A stretch of DNA of 64,000 bases from a virus: positions 1 through 64,000 of the IMG/VR virus record IMGVR_UViG_3300030098_002339; one strand, given 5' to 3'. The position numbers and the translations under genes are program-made. Shown piece by piece: positions 57,622-64,000 of the stretch. The notes under the pieces are model-generated. The model saw only the letters and a program-made list of their open reading frames with translations. It was not told the DNA's origin and made no database searches. Position 1 is the first letter of the stretch. Every line of letters starts with the position of its first letter.

Positions 57622-58262
57622 GTTTCAAAGAAAAGAAATATGAAGTTATTCCCAATGCTATTTCTTACGAACTCGCTAATTTTGCTTTTAATTACTTTTT
57701 ACTTAAAAGAGATGCTGTAAACTGGATGTATCAGAATAATTACATATCAGAATTTACACCAGGATTTGGTACTTGGAAAGATAAACAAATTCCTAATACC
57801 TATTCCTGTTATGGTGATTTTTTCATGGAAACTTTAATGATGAAAGTATTACCTATTATGCAAAAGTTTACAGGTTTAAATGTTATACCAACGTATACTT
57901 ATACTAGAGCATATAAAAAGGGAGATATTTTAAAAAGGCATAAGGATAGACCTAGCTGTGAAATATCCACAACCTTACATTTAGGTGGAGAACCTTGGTC
58001 TATTTATATAGATCCTACGGGATCTAATAACGTGATTGATGAATATAAAAATATTCATAAACCTAATGCTCCTAAAGGAGTACCCGTTGATCTTAACGTA
58101 GGAGATATGTTAATATATAGCGGATGTGATTTAGAACATTGGAGAGAACCTTTTGAAGGTAATGTCTGTGTTCAAACATTTCTTCATTATAATAATGCAG
58201 ATGGAAAATTTGCTTATAATAATAAATTTGATAAACGACCAATGTTAGGAATACCAAAATGA
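57618..58262 (+). CDS. 2OG-Fe(II) oxygenase-like protein (variant B)
   Basis: RHKDRPSCEISTT...EHWR. Confidence 0.85.
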   Translation: MSFKEKKYEVIPNAISYELANFAFNYFLLKRDAVNWMYQNNYISEFTPGFGTWKDKQIPNTYSCYGDFFMETLMMKVLPIMQKFTGLNVIPTYTYTRAYKKGDILKRHKDRPSCEISTTLHLGGEPWSIYIDPTGSNNVIDEYKNIHKPNAPKGVPVDLNVGDMLIYSGCDLEHWREPFEGNVCVQTFLHYNNADGKFAYNNKFDKRPMLGIPK

Positions 58263-58489
58263 AACAATTACTATTAGCACTACAAAGACAATACGAAGCT
58301 AAAATATTAGAAGCAGATTATCAGATTAAGCATTATAGTTCTCATAATTTAGCTGTTAATGCTCATTCAGATATTATAAATGAACTTGATAAATGGGTAG
58401 ATCGTAAAGCCTTTTATGAAGGTAAGTTAAAACAAGTTATAACTTATATGCCTAAAGAAGATAAGAAAGATAAAAAGGATGGCAAATAA
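58259..58489 (+). CDS. small helical protein (variant B)
   Basis: homolog of 13191. Confidence 0.75.
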   Translation: MKQLLLALQRQYEAKILEADYQIKHYSSHNLAVNAHSDIINELDKWVDRKAFYEGKLKQVITYMPKEDKKDKKDGK

Positions 58490-58805
58490 TTATAAATTCA
58501 CTGGTGTAGCATTAGCTACAACTTCTGAAACAACTTTATTAACAGCAGCAGCTGATACTACAGTTGTTATAAGATCTATTAGAGTTACTAATAATACTTC
58601 TAATACACCGACTATCTCATTAGATTTATCTGATGATTCAGCAAGTACTGAGTATACAATATTAAAAACTCAAACACTTGCAGCTAATACAGGTGTAGAA
58701 TTATTATCAGTACCTTTAGTCCTAGAAGAATCTGATGCACTAAAAGCAACAATGAGTTCAACAGATTCAACACATATAGGAATAAGTTACTTAGTAATTT
58801 CGTGA
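58479..58805 (+). CDS. small putative virion protein (variant B)
   Basis: homolog of 13408. Confidence 0.7.
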   Translation: MANNYKFTGVALATTSETTLLTAAADTTVVIRSIRVTNNTSNTPTISLDLSDDSASTEYTILKTQTLAANTGVELLSVPLVLEESDALKATMSSTDSTHIGISYLVIS

Positions 58806-59236
58806 TCCAATTAATTAACATACCAACCAAAAGTGTTGATGAGGCTTGGGGGGTAGTTAGAACCGATATAGCCAATGCTTTAACACGTTCTAACGGATAT
58901 GCTTTATCAGAGCATATTAAGAAATGGATTATAGAAGAAAAGATGCAGCTCTGGATTCTTTGGGATCAAGAAGCTGACAAAGAAAAGTATTACGGAGTTG
59001 TTGTAACTGAAGTAATACAACGACCATTACAACGATGCCTGAATATTAAAATAATGACAGGAAGACATCGTGAGAAATGGCAACATTTAATCAAACATAT
59101 AGAAGACTTTGCTTGGCAACAAAATTGCGATTTACTCGAATTAGTTGCTAGACCTGGGTGGAAGAAAATTCTGAAACCCTTTGGTTATAAAGAAAGTCAT
59201 GTATTGTTAGAAAAGAAAAAAAAGGAGAATAAATAA
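58802..59236 (+). CDS. GNAT-fold-like assembly protein (variant B)
   Basis: GTG start; homolog of 13731. Confidence 0.55.
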   Translation: MIQLINIPTKSVDEAWGVVRTDIANALTRSNGYALSEHIKKWIIEEKMQLWILWDQEADKEKYYGVVVTEVIQRPLQRCLNIKIMTGRHREKWQHLIKHIEDFAWQQNCDLLELVARPGWKKILKPFGYKESHVLLEKKKKENK

Positions 59237-59237
59237 T

Positions 59238-59972
59238 ATGTCAATCGGAGGCGGAGGAAGTGGCGGTGGAACACAAACTACTGTAGCTTCTACACAACCA
59301 TATGGTCCAGCGGAACCTGCTTTAGGGCAGATTCTGTCTGAAGCACAAACTATATATGGGCAAGGTCCAGCAGCAGCTGGATATGTTGCTCCTACAACTC
59401 AAACCCTAGAAGGTATAGCAGCTCAAGAACAAATAGCTAATGCTGCTAATCAGCAAATATTAGGTACTATTCAAGGTCAGTATACGAATCCTTTTTTATC
59501 TCCTTTGATCGCACAATCTGCTCAAGATGTGTATTCTAATGTAGCTGGACAATTTTCTGGTATGGGTAGAACACCAACAAGTCCAATGGCACAACAGGCT
59601 GTTATAGGTCAAGTTGCACAAAAAGCATTACCTTATGCATTTGGTCAATTAGAACGAGAACGAGCAAGACAACTTCAAACAGCTCAAAGAGTACCAAGTT
59701 TAACTGCTGTTGGCGGACAATTAGAAGATATACAAAGACAACAACAAATGGCTCCAAGTGATGCGTTAGCTCAATATTATAATGTTGCAGCTCCCATTGC
59801 TTTTGGGCTACCAACACAAAACGTACAAAATCAACTACCAGACGCTAACCCAATAACTATGGCTGCAGGCGGAGCAATGACAGGAGCAGCTTTAGGATCT
59901 ATGTTTCCTATGGGAGGAGGCATGGGTGCACTTATTGGTGGCGGTATGGGATTATTAGGAGGATTATTATAA
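59238..59972 (+). CDS. ejection protein (variant B)
   Basis: homolog of 14164. Confidence 0.65.
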   Translation: MSIGGGGSGGGTQTTVASTQPYGPAEPALGQILSEAQTIYGQGPAAAGYVAPTTQTLEGIAAQEQIANAANQQILGTIQGQYTNPFLSPLIAQSAQDVYSNVAGQFSGMGRTPTSPMAQQAVIGQVAQKALPYAFGQLERERARQLQTAQRVPSLTAVGGQLEDIQRQQQMAPSDALAQYYNVAAPIAFGLPTQNVQNQLPDANPITMAAGGAMTGAALGSMFPMGGGMGALIGGGMGLLGGLL

Positions 59973-60070
59973 TGGATAAATTTTTAGACACAATAGAACA
60001 TTACTGGACTAATCACAAAAAAGCTGTGATTATAGTTGCAGTAATAATCGTATTAGCAATCATAGCGTAA
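59972..60070 (+). CDS. 32-aa membrane peptide (variant B)
   Basis: MDKFLDTIEHYWTNHKKAVIIVAVIIVLAIIA. Confidence 0.75.
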   Translation: MDKFLDTIEHYWTNHKKAVIIVAVIIVLAIIA

Positions 60071-60081
60071 GGAGAATATAA

Positions 60082-61020
60082 ATGTCAGGAGGCGGAGGCG
60101 GCAACGGCAATGGCGGAGGCGGAGGACCACCAGGTGGTGGTGATCCAGGAATGTCTTATTCAGCTCCAACAGGTCGTCAAGATAGAGAAGGAGCTGCATC
60201 ATCTCAAACATATTCAGCACCAGATAGAGGTGGACCTCCAGGAGGAGGAGATCCAGGTATGACTTATACTGCACCTGCTCCAACACCAGATAGAAATACA
60301 TATGATGAGTGGGCTACAGTTATTGATACACCTGAAGTTATACCTACTGTTACATCTGAAAATGTATCTAAAGAACCTGTGTATGCTGATAGAATCCAAA
60401 GAATATCTACTGGAGAAGAACCTGGTTATAGAGCACAAGATTCTCAACCTTTTGGTTTAAGTAAAGAAGAGGCATATAGACAAGGTAAAATTACAGTAGA
60501 TCAAAGAGATGCTGATCCTGTATTAACAGCACCAGAAGAAAGAGATTTAACAAGAGATTTAACCTTTGCAGAGCATTGGAATTTAGCACCAGACGCTTTA
60601 AAATATTCACCTACCCTTAGACTATTATGGGCTACAGGTGCAAATTTAGGAGAATGGTCTAAAAGACAAGGTGCTAATGTTTGGGATTGGGGAACAGGAG
60701 AATCTAATATTTCACCTGCTCCTGATAGAGGAGATGGACAAGGTGCAACAGGTGCAGTATCTGCAGCACAATCTAATTACATAACTTCTGGACAAACATC
60801 TCCAAGTAATTCTGTTGCTGCTAATTGGTATCAAAGTTTAGGAACAGGAAGTGCATCAGGTAATAGTGGTGCATTTAATCTAGCTTCTGAATATGCAGCT
60901 GCACAACAAAAAGTAAAACAAACACTAGGAACACCTAGTGCTGTAGGAATGTTAGCTGTAAATGATAGTCCATTTTTTGACTTCTTACAGAAACATAATT
61001 TGACAAAAGGAATATTATAA
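60082..61020 (+). CDS. putative internal virion protein (variant B)
   Basis: C-terminus homologous to 15030; Gly/Pro repeat N-terminus. Confidence 0.65.
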   Translation: MSGGGGGNGNGGGGGPPGGGDPGMSYSAPTGRQDREGAASSQTYSAPDRGGPPGGGDPGMTYTAPAPTPDRNTYDEWATVIDTPEVIPTVTSENVSKEPVYADRIQRISTGEEPGYRAQDSQPFGLSKEEAYRQGKITVDQRDADPVLTAPEERDLTRDLTFAEHWNLAPDALKYSPTLRLLWATGANLGEWSKRQGANVWDWGTGESNISPAPDRGDGQGATGAVSAAQSNYITSGQTSPSNSVAANWYQSLGTGSASGNSGAFNLASEYAAAQQKVKQTLGTPSAVGMLAVNDSPFFDFLQKHNLTKGIL

Positions 61021-61021
61021 T

Positions 61022-62080
61022 ATGGGAATGTTCGATATATTCGCAAATTGGGGTATGCAAAACCCTGATGAAAGAAAGAAATCTTTAGAAGAAATTGCTA
61101 GAGGTTCACAATATGGTACAGGTTTACAAAACAAAAGTGATTTTAAAGATAGTTCTAGTTTAGTTTCTAGATATAATTTAAGAGATAGACAAAATCCAAA
61201 TGTTGTACCTATGCAAAAAAAACAATCAATTTACCCAGATGCCATAACAACAGGTGGTCAAGGAACTCAACAAGGTGATATAGGATTTTTACAAAGACTC
61301 TCTAATTTAGCTGGAGTAGATATGGATAAAGCTGCAGCAATGTGGAAAGACAAAGGTGGCTTTGAAGGACTAATGTCTAATCCTGCCTTTACTATGGGCT
61401 TAGCATTTATGCAAGCTGGAGCTAATGGTAAAACTTTAGGTCAAGATGCACTAAACAATGTTGTTAAAGCAGCAGGAATATCTGCTGAATTTAAAGATAG
61501 AATAGCAGCTAGAAAACAAGCACCTATACAAGCTACTGCTGGAGATATAGCAGAAGTTAAAGATTTACTTCAAACTATGAAAATAGACGAACCTAATATG
61601 TGGGAAAAAGCATTTGGTTGGATTAAAGGTGATAATGTTACTGCTAAATATGATGAAGCAGCTGAACAAATTGCTGTTGAATATCAAAAAGAAATTGCAA
61701 TACTTCAGAAAAATAATAAATCGGGTAAACCACTTGTTATTGATACACCTTTAAAGAAAAGAATTATTAAAAAAGTTCTTAAATCAGGTAAAATTAAACA
61801 TAAAAAAGGATGGTTTGGTCCAGTAACTAAAGGTACTATACAAGGTACATCTGAAGATCCTTTTAAAGCAAGAGGTGGTCCAGTTAAAGCTAATAAAGCC
61901 TACATTGTAGGAGAAGAAGGACCAGAAATTATGATAGCTAAATCATCAGGTAAAGTATTATCTAACGATGATTCACAAATATTTGCTATGCTATTAGCAG
62001 CAAACCCACAATTACAAAAAGTATCTAAAGCGAGAGCTGAGAAGATTATGAGATCTCGTTTCCCTGAATACTTTGAATAG
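61022..62080 (+). CDS. putative internal virion protein (variant B)
   Basis: homolog of 15965; ARGGPV...YIVGEEGPE. Confidence 0.65.
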   Translation: MGMFDIFANWGMQNPDERKKSLEEIARGSQYGTGLQNKSDFKDSSSLVSRYNLRDRQNPNVVPMQKKQSIYPDAITTGGQGTQQGDIGFLQRLSNLAGVDMDKAAAMWKDKGGFEGLMSNPAFTMGLAFMQAGANGKTLGQDALNNVVKAAGISAEFKDRIAARKQAPIQATAGDIAEVKDLLQTMKIDEPNMWEKAFGWIKGDNVTAKYDEAAEQIAVEYQKEIAILQKNNKSGKPLVIDTPLKKRIIKKVLKSGKIKHKKGWFGPVTKGTIQGTSEDPFKARGGPVKANKAYIVGEEGPEIMIAKSSGKVLSNDDSQIFAMLLAANPQLQKVSKARAEKIMRSRFPEYFE

Positions 62081-62088
62081 GAGACATA

Positions 62089-62586
62089 ATGATTAAAATA
62101 TTCCATCCCAGAGGACTGAAAGAACTTATCTGGAAAGCAGGAAGAACTACTGAAACAGTAGCTTTTAAAAGATTAATTAAAAAACATCCTAAGCAAGGCA
62201 TTAGAGCATTTACAATTGCTCAACGCAAAGGATTAAAAAAAGTTCAAGCTCTTGGTAAAAGACATGGAGTTGAAGGACTTGGTGTATCTTTAAGAGGAAA
62301 AAGAGTTAAACCTTCTAGATATAAACCCACACATTTTGATGATCCTAATAAGGCTTATGCTGATCTACATCAAATTAAAGGTAGAGCTTCAGCAGAAGCT
62401 AAAGAAACATTACATGGATGGGGATTTAGACCAAGAAATCCTAAATTTTACAAAGTTTCAGAAAGAAGAATAGATCCTTTAACAGGAAGAGCTTCTCTTG
62501 TTAGAGTTCGTAAAGGACCACAATATATAAAACATAAAAATTTATCTGCTTGGATCAAAAGTGGTAGAAAAACTTATAAAGATTAA
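62089..62586 (+). CDS. highly basic hypothetical protein (variant B)
   Basis: aggag RBS; K/R-rich; not visibly alignable to 16973 beyond MIK. Confidence 0.7.
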   Translation: MIKIFHPRGLKELIWKAGRTTETVAFKRLIKKHPKQGIRAFTIAQRKGLKKVQALGKRHGVEGLGVSLRGKRVKPSRYKPTHFDDPNKAYADLHQIKGRASAEAKETLHGWGFRPRNPKFYKVSERRIDPLTGRASLVRVRKGPQYIKHKNLSAWIKSGRKTYKD

Positions 62587-64000
62587 TGGCTAATGATTTT
62601 AATGTTAATGAATTTAAATTAAAAGACCCAGTACGTAGTATACCCGATGGTTTAAAAGAACCAGTAAAGGATTCAACGCCTGGGTTTTTTCAGTCTCTTC
62701 GTAATCCATATCACCTATGGTTAGAAGAATCTTTACCAGCATCACTCTACCAATGGATGACTGGCAATACAAAAAAGAAACAAGCACAAGAAGCACTCAA
62801 TTACATTCGTAATAATCCTCAGCAACAAGGATCTAAAATTTATCAGGAAGCTGAAAGAAAACTACAAAGATTTGGTTATCTTTTAGATGATGGTCCTATG
62901 TCCATAGACATGAAGGAAGTTGGTAATATGATTAAAGCCAACCCTAAACTCTTTGGAGCTGAATTAGTTAATATGATTATGGCAGATCCTTGGTTATTAT
63001 TTATGCCTCTTGGATGGCATAGATTAGGTAGAGGAGTTGTTAATGGTATTAGATTAAAACGAGCTAAGAATCTTAGCATGACTACAGTAGCAGCTAAGAA
63101 AGCTGATAACATGGCTGATATTAAAGTTGGAGCTATGGCTACACTCGGAATACCTTTTGCATTCTCAACTGCATGGCAATTAGGAGAAGATGCTACATTA
63201 GATCCTAAAAGAACTACAGTAGAAACTACATTAGGAGCTACAGCAGGAGCTTTAATCTCAGTAGGTTTTGCAGGCACAGGAGCTTTAGCACAAAGATTAA
63301 CTCAAGTTCCTAAAAATAGAGTTTTACAAATACAAAACCAAGTTTTAAATAAACATGGAATTAATCCTGAGAAATTATTAGACTATAATGAAAATGGTAT
63401 TTTCCGTTCTGTTGATGAACTTATAGACGAGATACAAAAACAAACTAGAATTATTACAGATCCTAAAAAATTTCAAGTTATTAAAGCAGATATGACTGCT
63501 GCCTTAAGACAGCTGAATGAACATGGAAGAGATATGTCTTTTAATGCTGCTCTTAAAAGAGGTGGTACTCTTGCAGCTATAGGTGCAACTGCACAATTCT
63601 TAACAGCTGATGATGAGAAATTATTAGCAACAGCTAAGGGTGCAGGAGCTGGTGCAGCTATATATTTAGCTGGAAGATTCCTTACAAGTAAACTTAGGCA
63701 AATGCCTAAAGACTTTGATGCTGCTACTATATCAGCAGAAGCTACATTAGATGCAGCTAAAATGAGTACAGTTAAATTAAACTCTGCTGCATATGAACTA
63801 GCTAATAAGATTAAACAAAATATACCTGATGCAATAGATTCTAGACGTAAGATATTTTATTACTTAACTAGAGCTAGAGTTGATAGAAAAAACTTTAGAT
63901 ATGATGGTAAATTAAAACCTATTGCTGATTCAGAATTATCTGCTAGAGAATTAGATGCAGCTAAAGCTATTAGAAAAACATTTGATAGTTTAGAGCAATC
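62586..64000 (+). CDS. large internal virion protein (variant B), truncated by the window end
   Basis: MANDFNVNEFKLKDPVRSIPDG matches 17489. Confidence 0.8.
   Translation, partial: MANDFNVNEFKLKDPVRSIPDGLKEPVKDSTPGFFQSLRNPYHLWLEESLPASLYQWMTGNTKKKQAQEALNYIRNNPQQQGSKIYQEAERKLQRFGYLLDDGPMSIDMKEVGNMIKANPKLFGAELVNMIMADPWLLFMPLGWHRLGRGVVNGIRLKRAKNLSMTTVAAKKADNMADIKVGAMATLGIPFAFSTAWQLGEDATLDPKRTTVETTLGATAGALISVGFAGTGALAQRLTQVPKNRVLQIQNQVLNKHGINPEKLLDYNENGIFRSVDELIDEIQKQTRIITDPKKFQVIKADMTAALRQLNEHGRDMSFNAALKRGGTLAAIGATAQFLTADDEKLLATAKGAGAGAAIYLAGRFLTSKLRQMPKDFDAATISAEATLDAAKMSTVKLNSAAYELANKIKQNIPDAIDSRRKIFYYLTRARVDRKNFRYDGKLKPIADSELSARELDAAKAIRKTFDSLEQ

Overview
AT-rich tailed-phage DNA with podovirus organisation. 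Gene content and order resemble marine HTVC010P-type pelagiphages; this is my inference, no search was run. Positions 1-44175 form one complete, circularly permuted genome unit: tail/adaptor genes, tail fibre, three Kelch-like beta-propeller proteins, four 2OG-Fe(II) oxygenases, ejection proteins, lysis/membrane genes, a mostly minus-strand early region with no recognisable polymerase, primase, helicase or integrase, a palindrome-rich divergent intergenic region, small basic proteins, terminase, portal, scaffold and capsid. At 44176 the first 77 nt of the window recur exactly. They are followed by a syntenic but diverged second version of the tail/oxygenase/ejection region that runs off the end, most simply two related phages joined in assembly. 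The most notable signals are: (1) a separately promoted oxygenase (+/- sulfotransferase) cassette beside propeller proteins with Pro-rich loops, a candidate virion-modification system; (2) a 1.6-kb strand-specific absence of YTGA beside the palindrome cluster; (3) small genes resembling the ribosomal bL12 N-terminal domain and ArfA; (4) several structured-RNA candidates. All counts are manual and all family calls come from motif recognition.
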